From Synechococcales cyanobacterium VAR_4_metabat_354 (GTDB taxonomy: Bacteria; Cyanobacteriota; Cyanobacteriia; Cyanobacteriales; Chamaesiphonaceae): DNA of 50,088 nucleotides. Of the stretch, positions 1 through 9,624 are shown piece after piece. The stretch covers positions 1 through 50,088 of the forward strand of contig JANOQI010000045.1 in the NCBI GenBank assembly GCA_031414775.1, written 5' to 3'. Positions within the stretch are counted from its first letter, which is position 1. Each line of letters opens with the position of its first letter. Under the pieces are notes generated by a model. It did no database searches and was not told where the DNA came from. It saw only the letters and a program-made list of their open reading frames with translations. The translations under genes and the position numbers were made by a program.

Positions 1-112
1 AAGTCCTCGCACACCGCGCTGCTTACCTCAATGGATTGCTCTCTCTAAAAATTTGACATACTCCCCAGGCACTGTCACTGGAGATAAATTTCCCGAATTC
101 ACTGGCTTTTAA

Positions 113-832
113 TTTTCTCTAGAAAAAGATGACATGCTCCCAGTGAAGATTCCAGCTTTGGGCGAAAAGCGTGAGCGGGAATTACGGGATTTGATTAAGA
201 AAGGGAAGAAGCCTGTAGTCTTGTTTGTCGATGAGGCTCACGATTTACACGCCTCGACTCTGACGGGATTGAAACGGCTGATTGAGGTAATCGATGATGG
301 GGGTGGAACGCTGACTGTTTTACTGGCAGGACATCCTAAGTTAAAGAACAATCTGCGTCGTCCGACGATGGAGGAGATCGGTTATCGGTCCGTTGTGTTT
401 ACGTTAGAGGGGATGGTTGGTAGTCAACGGGAATATATTACTTGGTTGATTCAGTCATGTGTGATGGATGGGACTAATTTGTCCGATGTATTGACGGTTG
501 AGGCGATTGAAGTACTGAGTGAAAGATTACGAACTCCGCTCCAAATTCAACAACATTTGATGTTGGCAATGGAAGCTGCTTATCAGGTGGGTGAAAAGCC
601 TGTGACTGAGGCAATTGCTGAGTCGGTGATGTCGAAGCAGATTGATGAGCTGGAGCCAAAGCTGACCAGAAATGGTTACGATGTGCGGGGCTTGGCAGAA
701 CAGTTTCATGCGAAGCCAGCGGAGATTAAGTTGCTGTTTCGGGGTCAACTCGACACGGACGAAGAAGTTAACCGACCAGATGTTGATGGCTGGGTTGCCT
801 ATTTGATTCAGGGCTTTGGTTTCAGCCGTTGA
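113..832 (+). pseudogene. ExeA-like AAA+ ATPase (transposition-helper type), 5'-truncated and frameshifted near the 3' end
   Basis: Walker B VLFVDEAH and LAGHPKL motifs present. No Walker A: in-frame TAA at 110-112. A family-like C-terminus RTKKLTDQMLMAGLPI* lies in another frame (stop 804-806). Confidence 0.7.
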
Positions 833-857
833 ATTTATAGTTGCAAATAATGTGGTC

Positions 858-1311
858 TCAAAATCGCGATGATTGCAGTCCTGAGTGATTACTATTGCAG
901 GTCGCTACACATACTGGTGGGTGCAAATTTGCCATTGCCAGTAACCGACGAATATTTTTTACGCCTGATCGATTGAGATTAATAGCATCGATCGTTGCTC
1001 TACCTGTTGGAGTGATGCCAACTATTTCCAGTCCATCTTTGCTCCAGACAAAATGCTCCGTCCAAACTTCCTGCCTGGGAGGATACAAAGGTACGCTTTC
1101 AGAACTAATCGGATTGATCGCCTCCTGCTTGGTGTATTTGTATCCATTGCATCCACCACAGGATAGAGCCAAGTTGTCTAGAGAGGTTTCTCCACTTTTA
1201 GATACAGGAATGATGTGTTCGCAGCATAGGACATTGGCAGTATTCACAACGCCGTCGTGCCCGATTAGTAATTTCTTCCTGTTCGCTAGCCGTGATGTAG
1301 CGTCTAGACAT
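858..1311 (-). pseudogene. HNH endonuclease, frameshifted
   Basis: ATG at 1311 gives MSRRYITASEQEEITNRARRRCEYCQCPM, then the frame shifts at about 1225 into CEHIIP...NLALSCGGCN...TPTGRATI...HPP, the typical cyanobacterial HNH pattern. Confidence 0.75.
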
Positions 1312-1663
1312 AAATAGCAAGTGTTTCTATGTTGAGCTGTTTCATTAGCTCTGGCAGTGAAATCTGACGAAGTTGGGCAAGTATCAATAGATTTTGTAGT
1401 CGATCGGCATCGAATTGTTCAATTATCTCGGTACAAGTGAGCAGTTCTTGGTGTTCTTCTGCTGTTAGCGTTTCAGCTTGAAGCTTCGACCGAAGTTCAT
1501 CGTATCGTTCTTGAATTGAAGTAGGTACTCTCTGACTAATCTTTTGGAGAAGACCGCTTTCTGTGTTGGGAGCATGGTCAAGTCTATTCCACAAAACTTC
1601 TTGCTCTACCGGCGAGAGAGTGCGAATTGTTTCAATAAGAGACTCTATCAGCTGTGTGTTCAT
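1304..1663 (-). CDS. Hypothetical helical protein of the type usually paired upstream of cyanobacterial HNH genes (putative antitoxin-like partner)
   Basis: 119 aa with RYDEL...TLTAEEHQELL...LAQLRQISL; its stop overlaps the HNH start. Confidence 0.6.
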   Translation of the reverse strand: MNTQLIESLIETIRTLSPVEQEVLWNRLDHAPNTESGLLQKISQRVPTSIQERYDELRSKLQAETLTAEEHQELLTCTEIIEQFDADRLQNLLILAQLRQISLPELMKQLNIETLAIYV

Positions 1664-2020
1664 AAGAGTATCGCTCCAATTTACTGAAATCCGAAAAAGA
1701 CTGTTCTAATCCCTTTAGGGCTGTGAGGATGTGCGGCTATAAATATCCCCTATTTTACCCGAATAGACATGTTAAGCGTCACCCAGCCACATATAATCAA
1801 AACAGCCCTAACTAGTGAAGGCTGGAGCTGAGTCGATCGAAAGACTGCTTGCAACAGCATGATCGAATTCAACAATAACTAACCAGAGGATACCATCTTA
1901 GGCAACAGACTCGAACAGTTTTTAAATTCCACCATTTTCCCTAAAACTCTCATATTGGGATAAGGCTGCGATAAAATTTATCGTAAATCTCTATAATGCA
2001 GTCAGAGAGCTAATAAAAAT

Positions 2021-2066
2021 AGGACTAAAAATCCTCGTGTCACCAGTTCAAGTCTGGTTCTCGGCA
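2021..2066 (+). mobile_element. att-like site: copy of the 3' half of tRNA-Phe
   Basis: 45/46 nt identical to the reverse complement of 41615-41660; the mismatch at 2027 changes anticodon GAA to AAA. Similarity continues into a degenerate terminator to about 2106. Confidence 0.85.
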
Positions 2067-2251
2067 TCATTTAAAACCCCGCATAGGGCGAAGTTTTCGT
2101 GTTTTTACTTTTATTTATCAAGGGAAGCGCAAATATATTTCGGCGAATAGGTCAGACGATCAGCGAAACAACCACCCCGTTTTGGTCTTGCTATTGATGA
2201 TGCACTTGGTATACTAAGTAATATAAATTTAGCTACTTTAGTGACATCAGC

Positions 2252-2434
2252 ATGACTCATCAACGTAACACTAGCGGTTTGCGCCCCCTTCAAGCCGCAG
2301 ACTGCGACAAAAAACCCGTGATCGTAACAGCCAAAATCGACCCCGATGATAAAGATTGGCTTAAATCGTTGCCAGAAGGTACTAGTTACCACATTAGGCA
2401 AGCAGTCAGAGAGTATAAGTCAAATTTTAAATAG
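2252..2434 (+). CDS. Small ribbon-helix-helix-like DNA-binding protein
   Basis: 60 aa, IVTAKIDPDDKDWLKSL...SYHIRQAVREY beta-helix-helix pattern. Confidence 0.5.
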   Translation: MTHQRNTSGLRPLQAADCDKKPVIVTAKIDPDDKDWLKSLPEGTSYHIRQAVREYKSNFK

Positions 2435-2443
2435 GATAGATAA

Positions 2444-2824
2444 ATGTCAGAAGAGAGATTAGAAAGAATTGAAAGCCAGCTGGGTCAAGTTTTACAAGCC
2501 ATTGCAGGAGTGGCCGATCGGGCGGCTGGCATAGAAGACCGAATGACTACTTTAGAAAGTAGAATGACTAGTCTAGAAGACCGAATGACTAGTCTAGAAG
2601 ACCGAATGACTGGACTAGAAAATCGCACCGAGGTAGTAGAAGGTACATTACTAGCCACCATGCGTGGTGGTTTCAACTTTATTCGGGGACATGTCAATGA
2701 TCTTGATGTTGACTTAGCTAGAAATGAGCGCAAAAGCGAAGACAGCGCCCGTCAAATTCGGCGTTTGAACAGGCGGCTGATGCATTTAGAGGGTCGGACA
2801 GATGAAGACCCAGACAATATTTAA
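2444..2824 (+). CDS. Coiled-coil protein with heptad repeats
   Basis: 126 aa with (L/I)EDRMT(S/T/G) heptads; AGGA RBS-like sequence upstream. Confidence 0.65.
   Translation: MSEERLERIESQLGQVLQAIAGVADRAAGIEDRMTTLESRMTSLEDRMTSLEDRMTGLENRTEVVEGTLLATMRGGFNFIRGHVNDLDVDLARNERKSEDSARQIRRLNRRLMHLEGRTDEDPDNI
2531..2635 (+). repeat. 21-bp tandem repeat, about 5 units, encoding heptads
   Basis: Consensus ctagaagaccgaatgactagt at 2531, 2552, 2573, 2594 and (degenerate) 2615. Confidence 0.9.
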
Positions 2825-2907
2825 CGACGTGAAGCCAACATGCCAGGTACGAGCCTGTTCGGGTACCGTCTGCCTACGCAGAGACGAGTTCAGGCTAACG
2901 TTAAACA

Positions 2908-3127
2908 CTAGTCACTCTCACTTTCTAGCCACTGCTCGATCGCCAGCCGGATCGCCTCGGTTTTAGTAATACCTACTGCCTGGACTTTAGCCGAAATTTT
3001 TTCTTGCATCACTGGTGTCAGCCGACAGCCCAGCATCAAAGTGCGGTAGGGTTCAGCATATTGATTTTTACCTTCAGGATGCCGAGCAACTCCCAGCGGA
3101 TATCCCGGTGGTCGTTTTTGGCTTCAA
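2908..3127 (-). pseudogene. Second small RHH-like gene, apparently with a 1-nt frameshift near its start
   Basis: Not in the ORF track. Reads KRPPGYPLGVARHPEGKNQYAEPYRTLMLGCRLTPVMQEKISAKVQAVGITKTEAIRLAIEQWLESESD*. The TTG at 3127 is out of frame by one A in an A5 run. Confidence 0.4.
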
Positions 3128-3385
3128 TATTTTAATTCCAACTTCTATCGACACGAAGTTTTCGCCATGTACCATAATCGATGATCATTCGATCAAGCTT
3201 GTATCTTCATCCCTCTTTAGATAGATCTTATAGGGGCTGTTCACCATCCGATAGACAGAAACTTATGTGTTGTTTTAGCTTAATAAACACCCCAATTGCC
3301 TGATAGACAAACCAATACAAATTCATGGAGAATTGAAGCGGTCAGGCTTTTGTAAAGCCATTATCCCTACATCAGGAAAAAAATT

Positions 3386-4864
3386 ATGTCTGAACCTAAT
3401 GGTGTAATGATGCAATATTTTCACTGGTACACTCCAGAGGATGGTAGTTTGTGGAACCAAGTAGCTGAGCAAGCCGAGGAGTTAGCAAAAGTTGGCGTTA
3501 CATCCCTGTGGCTACCACCTGCCTATAAAGGAACAGGGGGTGGAATGGATGTGGGCTATGGTGTTTATGACTTGTTTGACCTGGGTGAATTTGACCAGAA
3601 AGGCTCAATTCGTACCAAATATGGCACTAAAGACGAATATATCAATGCCATCCAATCAGCCCAAGCCGCTGGGATCCGTATCTACGCCGATGTCGTTTTT
3701 AACCATAAAATGGGTGCAGACGAAGCAGAAGAGGTGGAAGCGACCCCTTTTAATATGGAAGACCGCACTGCCACTGTTGGTGACTATCAAAATATTAAAG
3801 CCTGGACTCACTTTACCTTTCCAGGACGAGCGGGCAAATACTCCACGATGGAATGGCACTGGTGGCATTTTGATGCGATCGATCACAATGCTTTTAACGA
3901 GAACGAATCTGCCGTTTATTTACTCAAAGGCAAATCTTTTGATAATAATGTTGACTTAGAGAAGGGCAATTTTGATTACCTAATGGGTTGCGATCTCGAT
4001 ATGGAGAATCCCGAAGTGGTGGGAGAGCTTAAGTACTGGGGAGAGTGGATTAATGACACGACTAATGTTGATGGCTATCGGTTTGATGCTGTTAAACACG
4101 TATCAGCAGAATTTTTTCAAGAATGGTTGGAGCATGTTCGCAACTATGCCCAGCGGGATCTATTTGCCGTAGGTGAATATTGGTCTTACGAAGTAGATGC
4201 CCTGAATCATTTTATTGCTGCCACTGATGGCAAAGTTAACTTATTCGATGCACCGCTACACTACAACTTTCATATTGCCAGCCAAGCCGGGGAGACTTAT
4301 GACCTGCGGCAAATTTTTGACAACACTTTGGTGCAGCAACAGCCGACCCTGGCTGTCACTCTTGTAGAGAATCATGATTCTCAGCCGCTTCAGTCGTTAG
4401 AATCAATTGTGGAGCCTTGGTTTAAACCCCTGGCCTACGCACTCATCTTGCTGCGAGAAGCTGGATACCCTTGTATTTTTCATGGTGACTATTATGGCGC
4501 ACACTACAAAGATACTAAAGATGGTAATGAGTATGAAATCTGGATGGATTGTCATCAGTGGTTAATAGACAAGTTTCTCTATGCCCGTCAGACTTACGCA
4601 TATGGGGAACAGCATGACTATTTCGATCATCCTAGTACAATCGGCTGGACAAGATTGGGTGATGAAGAGCATCCTGGCGGCATAGCTGTAGTATTGAGCA
4701 ACGGCGATGGCAGCGGCAAGTGGATGGAGATTGGACATCCTAATAGCACTTATATAGATATTACTGAACACGTCAAGGAACCAGTTGTCTCTAACAATGA
4801 TGGCTGGGCAGAATTCCGTTGCAACGGCGGCTCGGTCTCAGTGTGGGTAAAGCAATCGGTCTAG
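3386..4864 (+). CDS. amyA: Cytoplasmic alpha-amylase (GH13, AmyA type)
   Basis: NGVMMQYFHWY, GYGVYDLFDLGEF, DGYRFDAVKH, VGEYW and VENHDSQP catalytic regions; no signal peptide. Confidence 0.95.
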   Translation: MSEPNGVMMQYFHWYTPEDGSLWNQVAEQAEELAKVGVTSLWLPPAYKGTGGGMDVGYGVYDLFDLGEFDQKGSIRTKYGTKDEYINAIQSAQAAGIRIYADVVFNHKMGADEAEEVEATPFNMEDRTATVGDYQNIKAWTHFTFPGRAGKYSTMEWHWWHFDAIDHNAFNENESAVYLLKGKSFDNNVDLEKGNFDYLMGCDLDMENPEVVGELKYWGEWINDTTNVDGYRFDAVKHVSAEFFQEWLEHVRNYAQRDLFAVGEYWSYEVDALNHFIAATDGKVNLFDAPLHYNFHIASQAGETYDLRQIFDNTLVQQQPTLAVTLVENHDSQPLQSLESIVEPWFKPLAYALILLREAGYPCIFHGDYYGAHYKDTKDGNEYEIWMDCHQWLIDKFLYARQTYAYGEQHDYFDHPSTIGWTRLGDEEHPGGIAVVLSNGDGSGKWMEIGHPNSTYIDITEHVKEPVVSNNDGWAEFRCNGGSVSVWVKQSV

Positions 4865-4876
4865 AGAATAAACAAT

Positions 4877-5482
4877 ATGACCACGAAATTCCAAAAAAAA
4901 GCAGCTATTGAAGCTCAATCTGCTAACCGAGATTTAATGTTGAAATCGATCGAACTATTACCAGAACAAGTACTGAAAAATGTTGAGACGATCACCCAGC
5001 ACCAACATCGCCGCCAGCGAAGTACTACAGCTGATCGACGCATTCTAGAGAAAATTGCGGCTGTTTTTGGTCGCCCCCAATTCCTCTATTTTCAAATAGT
5101 TTTTTTCACTGTTTGGATCGGATGTAGTAGCTTGGCTAATCAGAAGATTTTGCCAAAGAATTTTCCGCTGTTTGATTTGCATCTGCATGGGCTGGAGATC
5201 TCTTCTCTCCTCATTTCTACTGGAGTACTGATTTATCAAACTCGTCAAGAAAAGTCAAGTGAAGAACGATCGCATTTAATGCTGCAACTTAACTTGTTGA
5301 CTGAGCAGAAAATCGCCAAATTAATTTCATTAGTAGAAGAGCTACGCATTGATTTACCCAATGTCAAAGATCGTGACGATTTAGAGGCTGAAGTTATGAA
5401 ACAAGCTACTGACCCTCAGGCTGTTTTGGGAGTTATCCAACAAAACTTAGACCACTCACCCCACTCACCTCTCAGAGATTAA
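4877..5482 (+). CDS. DUF1003 family membrane protein
   Basis: Two hydrophobic segments followed by LQLNLLTEQKIAKLISLVEELR. Confidence 0.8.
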   Translation: MTTKFQKKAAIEAQSANRDLMLKSIELLPEQVLKNVETITQHQHRRQRSTTADRRILEKIAAVFGRPQFLYFQIVFFTVWIGCSSLANQKILPKNFPLFDLHLHGLEISSLLISTGVLIYQTRQEKSSEERSHLMLQLNLLTEQKIAKLISLVEELRIDLPNVKDRDDLEAEVMKQATDPQAVLGVIQQNLDHSPHSPLRD

Positions 5483-5487
5483 ACCCG

Positions 5488-6474
5488 ATGAAACACAAAA
5501 CTTGTCTAATCTTTAATCCTATTGCTGGGCAGGGTAATCCAGACCAAGACCTAGCCTTAATTGAGTCGATACTCAGGCCGCAAATGGCCTTGGATGTCGT
5601 AATAACTACTGCTGAAACTGATATTGGACAACTGGCTAAAGATGCCATTGCCCGAGGTGCAGACTCGGTGATTGCCTCTGGGGGCGATGGTACTTTGTCG
5701 GCGGTGGCAGCGGCTTTGATGAGTACTAATATTCCGCTGGGCGTGATTTCGCGCGGTACGGCTAATGCTTTTGCCAATGCCTTGAATCTACCGACCGTGA
5801 TCGCGGATGCTTGTACGGCGATATTGGCCGGTGGCACCCAAGTCGTAGACATGGCTTGTTGCAATGGTTTACCAATGGTGCTATTGGCCGGAATCGGGTT
5901 TGAAGCTGAGGCGGTAGAATTAGCTGATCGCGATTCCAAAAATCGACTAGGAATGCTGGCTTATATTTTGGCTGGGATGGAGCAACTGCGACATTTAGAA
6001 CAGTTTGAAGTAGAAATTGAGACCAAAGATCGAGTTATTACAGTTTCGGCAGCAGCGATTACTATCGCGAATGCGGCTCCGGCCAGTTCCATTTTGGCGC
6101 AAGGTTCAGCTGGGGTAGTTTTCGATGATGGACTGCTTGATCTCACGATCTTGGCTCCGGCGACTCCGTTAAGCGCAATCGCCACTTCCTATGACTTATT
6201 AAGTTCGACGCTCCGTGGTACCGCCTCTCAACGAGAAGATGTCGGTTTTTTGCGTGCCCAGCGCTTTAAAGTGACCACTACGCCTCCTCAGAAAGTAGTT
6301 CTAGATGGGGAAATGATTGGTACTACACCCATTGAGATCGAGTGTGTTCCAGGTGGATTAACAGTGTTTGCCCCGCAGTCCAAGGAACTACAGCCGTTAG
6401 AAAAATTGGAGGGATTGCCCAATTTGAAAATTGACTTGAAGTCTAGTTCACTGGTCGAAAGCTTAGTTGAGTAA
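5488..6474 (+). CDS. Diacylglycerol/lipid kinase family protein (YegS/Rv2252/BmrU)
   Basis: IFNPIAG, ASGGDGT, GTANAFA, DDGLLD and VVLDGE motifs. Confidence 0.9.
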   Translation: MKHKTCLIFNPIAGQGNPDQDLALIESILRPQMALDVVITTAETDIGQLAKDAIARGADSVIASGGDGTLSAVAAALMSTNIPLGVISRGTANAFANALNLPTVIADACTAILAGGTQVVDMACCNGLPMVLLAGIGFEAEAVELADRDSKNRLGMLAYILAGMEQLRHLEQFEVEIETKDRVITVSAAAITIANAAPASSILAQGSAGVVFDDGLLDLTILAPATPLSAIATSYDLLSSTLRGTASQREDVGFLRAQRFKVTTTPPQKVVLDGEMIGTTPIEIECVPGGLTVFAPQSKELQPLEKLEGLPNLKIDLKSSSLVESLVE

Positions 6475-6476
6475 CT

Positions 6477-7199
6477 CTAAGAAATGATTCCCGACCGCAG
6501 TGCTCTTACAGCGGCCTCGGTGCGGTCACTGGCACAGAGCTTAGCCAAAATATTGCGCACATGGGTTTTGACCGTGCCGACGGTAATAAACAAACGATCG
6601 GCAATAGCGATATTAGTGCAACCAGCAACCATTAGTTCTAGCACTTCCCGTTCGCGATCGGTCACTGGATCGGAGGCCAATACCTGCTCATACTCAGGTT
6701 CTACTGACCGAATCTCGATCGTCTGTTTCTGAGTAGTAGGCTGCCTAATGCTCTGTCGCATTTGTCGCAACACAATACTAGCGATCGCTGGATCAATCCA
6801 GGCATTTCCACTATGAGTCATCTGAATGGCTTCCACCAAATGCTCAACCCCAATGTCTTTCATGCAGTAAGAGTCGGCTCCAGCGGCAAAAGATGCTAAT
6901 ACAGTTTCTTCACTGCCCTGCATAGTAAGAATTAGCACTTTGGTCGTTAGACCCTGTTGCTCTGCCTGGAACTGCCGAAACTGCTGAGTCAATTCGATCC
7001 CATCTATACCTGGTAAGCCAATATCTATCAAAGCTACATCTATGGGGGTTGTTTGCAATAATGCTAATCCTTGGAGACCGTTAGTCGCTTCTCCGACCAC
7101 TTCAATCCCTGCCTGGCTCTGTAAAACAGTACGCAAACCAATCCGCACAACATCATGATCCTCAACCAAAGCTACCCTAATATCGCTCATCCTCAACAA
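6477..7199 (-). CDS. NarL/LuxR-family response regulator
   Basis: REC domain (VEDH, DIGLPGIDG) plus LuxR HTH (TDREREVL...TVKTHVRNILAKL). Confidence 0.95.
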   Translation of the reverse strand: MLRMSDIRVALVEDHDVVRIGLRTVLQSQAGIEVVGEATNGLQGLALLQTTPIDVALIDIGLPGIDGIELTQQFRQFQAEQQGLTTKVLILTMQGSEETVLASFAAGADSYCMKDIGVEHLVEAIQMTHSGNAWIDPAIASIVLRQMRQSIRQPTTQKQTIEIRSVEPEYEQVLASDPVTDREREVLELMVAGCTNIAIADRLFITVGTVKTHVRNILAKLCASDRTEAAVRALRSGIIS

Positions 7200-7320
7200 C
7201 CTTTTAAAGGGGCAAATTATAGTCTACTCTAGATATTGCAGTGGAGAAAGGAACCACGGCTCATGTTACGTGGTCATAAATGAGAACTTGAATTATTAAA
7301 TTGTTTTTGTAGCGTATTTA

Positions 7321-9165
7321 ATGAACTCCTGTTGGCGAAAAATCAAAACTTATTGGAAGCGACTACCGATCGAAAGTCGGGGTTCGATCGCCATTGCTAT
7401 TCCCTTAGTTTGCTTGATGGGAGTATTTGTGGCCGATGCCCTACTCCGCCAAAAAATTATTGAAGCGCAGGCATATATTAATCATACCAATCAAGTTTTA
7501 GTAAAAAGCCAGAGTACCTTGATTAGTTTAATTAACGCTGAAACTGGGGTGAGAGGTTACTACATTGGCAAACAAAAAGTTTTTCTTGAGCCTTACAACC
7601 TAGCATTGACCACCCTGGAACCCACTCTGGCTAGCCTTGAACAGCTCGTTCGAGAAAATCCGCTTCAGTTACAGCGAGCCAAGCACCTCACCCAGATCGC
7701 TCAAAACCGAATGATGTTACTGAAAAGTAGCGTGCAACGAGTAGAAACCAACACCATCAGCAATCCTGAAGCTATTAATGAACGATTACTGGCTGGTAAA
7801 AAATCGATGGATCAATTTCGGGATGTTGTCGATCGATTGGAAAAAGAAGAACATCACACCCTCACAACTCGGACTCGATCTCTACAAGATCAGCAAAATA
7901 TTAATACTGCTGCTATGTGGTATGGGATGGCAATTAGCATTTTGGGTACTGCCCTGGCCGTCAGGTTACTCAGACAGCTAGCCACAGAACTACGAGAAAG
8001 AGAAATCCGTCTCCGGGAGAGCCGTAATCTGATCCAGGCCATTGTTGCTAACGTCGTTGATGGAGTTGTAGTGGTTAACACCCAGGGGGGAATTGAAGCC
8101 TTCAATAAGGCTGCGGTGCAAATGTTTGGCTATACTCCGATGGAAGTAATGGGCTGGCATTGGCAAAAACTATTAATTCCAGAAGCTGATGCTACTCAAA
8201 AGCTGCTATTCTACCACCCGGACATGAGCGGAGAGACAAATTCCCCCGGCCAAATCTGGCAGGCCATGGGTCAACGCAAAAATGGTGAATATTTCCCGAT
8301 CGAAATCTCGATGAACAACATTGCTCTAGATGATGACCGGATTGCGATCATTCGCGACATTACTGAACGCCAACAAACAGCTGCCAAACTTCAAGCTAAA
8401 GCCTTGCAATTAACTACTTTGAACGACTCCCTCCTGGCCAGTAACCAGTCTTTACTCCAAAGCAATCGCGAGTTAGACCAATTTGCTTACATCACTTCTC
8501 ACGACCTCAAAGCACCGCTGCGGGCGATTGCTAGCCTCTCGGAATGGATTGAGGAAGATCTCGGTGACAGCATTTCGACTGAAATCCGCTCGCAAATGGA
8601 ACTACTACGTGGCCGGGTCTATCGGATGCAAGCGCTATTAAACAGCTTGCTGGAATATTCTCGGTCTGGACGCAGGCAAACTTCAATGGCCAGTGTTGAT
8701 GTGGGACAGCTGCTCACCGAAATTATTCAGGCTTTAGCACCTCCAGGCACTTTTACTATTAATGTCGTGCCTACTATGCCAATTATGCATACCCGCAGAC
8801 AGCCGCTCCAACAGGTTTTCACTCATCTTATTGACAATGCTATTCGGCATCACCCTACAGAAATGGGTATAGTTAAAGTGTCGGTGATCGATCGAGGCAG
8901 CTATTATGAGTTTTCGATCACTGATGATGGCGATGGCATCGATCTACAGTTCCAAGAAAGAATTTATACTATTTTCCAGACCCTCAAAGCTCGTGATCTC
9001 CAAGAAAATGTCGGAGCTGGACTCGCGATCGTAAAAAAAATTGTTACTGCTGAAGGGGGTACTATTCAGTTAGAATCAGCAGCTGGCAGTGGTGCTATCT
9101 TCCGGTTTACCTGGCTCAAACAGCCGACTACTAAAGAAGACACCACTATCAGTTCCGAACAATGA
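7321..9165 (+). CDS. CHASE3-PAS sensor histidine kinase (Cph1-like kinase core)
   Basis: TM, CHASE3 (LINAETGVRGY), TM, PAS, SHDLKAPLRAI H-box and HATPase boxes. Confidence 0.9.
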   Translation: MNSCWRKIKTYWKRLPIESRGSIAIAIPLVCLMGVFVADALLRQKIIEAQAYINHTNQVLVKSQSTLISLINAETGVRGYYIGKQKVFLEPYNLALTTLEPTLASLEQLVRENPLQLQRAKHLTQIAQNRMMLLKSSVQRVETNTISNPEAINERLLAGKKSMDQFRDVVDRLEKEEHHTLTTRTRSLQDQQNINTAAMWYGMAISILGTALAVRLLRQLATELREREIRLRESRNLIQAIVANVVDGVVVVNTQGGIEAFNKAAVQMFGYTPMEVMGWHWQKLLIPEADATQKLLFYHPDMSGETNSPGQIWQAMGQRKNGEYFPIEISMNNIALDDDRIAIIRDITERQQTAAKLQAKALQLTTLNDSLLASNQSLLQSNRELDQFAYITSHDLKAPLRAIASLSEWIEEDLGDSISTEIRSQMELLRGRVYRMQALLNSLLEYSRSGRRQTSMASVDVGQLLTEIIQALAPPGTFTINVVPTMPIMHTRRQPLQQVFTHLIDNAIRHHPTEMGIVKVSVIDRGSYYEFSITDDGDGIDLQFQERIYTIFQTLKARDLQENVGAGLAIVKKIVTAEGGTIQLESAAGSGAIFRFTWLKQPTTKEDTTISSEQ

Positions 9166-9596
9166 TGGAAAACACCATGCTAAATATTTTACTAGTCGAA
9201 GATGACGAAGTAGATGTCATGACCGTTAAACGAGCTTTCCAGAAGGGTAACATCACTAACCCTCTATATGTTGCTGGCAACGGCTTAGAGGCTTTGGCGA
9301 TGCTGCGGGGTGAGCCAGGACAGCCATCTTTGCTGCCAATGGAGCGGCGCATTATTTTACTAGACTTGAATATGCCCAAAATGAATGGGTTGGAGTTTTT
9401 GCAGGAAATGCGGGCGGATTCTACTATTAGGCATATTCCGGTAGTGGTATTAACTACTTCTAATGAGGAACGCGATCGACTTCAGGCTTATCAATTGAAT
9501 GTTGCTGGCTACATTCTGAAACCTGTCACTTTTAGCATTTTTGTAGAACTCATGGTCACATTAAATAAATATTGGACATTGTGTGAGATGACCTAA
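9162..9596 (+). CDS. Single-domain response regulator (Rcp1-like)
   Basis: ILLVEDD, LLDLNMPKMNG, VVLTTS, YILKP and C-terminal YW; overlaps the kinase stop. Confidence 0.9.
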   Translation: MMENTMLNILLVEDDEVDVMTVKRAFQKGNITNPLYVAGNGLEALAMLRGEPGQPSLLPMERRIILLDLNMPKMNGLEFLQEMRADSTIRHIPVVVLTTSNEERDRLQAYQLNVAGYILKPVTFSIFVELMVTLNKYWTLCEMT

Positions 9597-9624
9597 CCTA
9601 TCACAATGCGCGGGGATAAGTAGT

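Noticed and set aside
53..95. IS200/IS605-type end (ttgacatactcccc followed by a weak hairpin)
   Set aside because: The resemblance is short, the hairpin is poor and no tnpA/tnpB is visible in the window.
2021..2066. A second tRNA gene (Phe, anticodon AAA)
   Set aside because: The 5' acceptor strand and D-arm are absent; it is only a 3'-half copy.
2531..2635. CRISPR-like array
   Set aside because: Units are contiguous 21-mers with no spacers, lie in frame within a CDS, and no cas genes are in the window.
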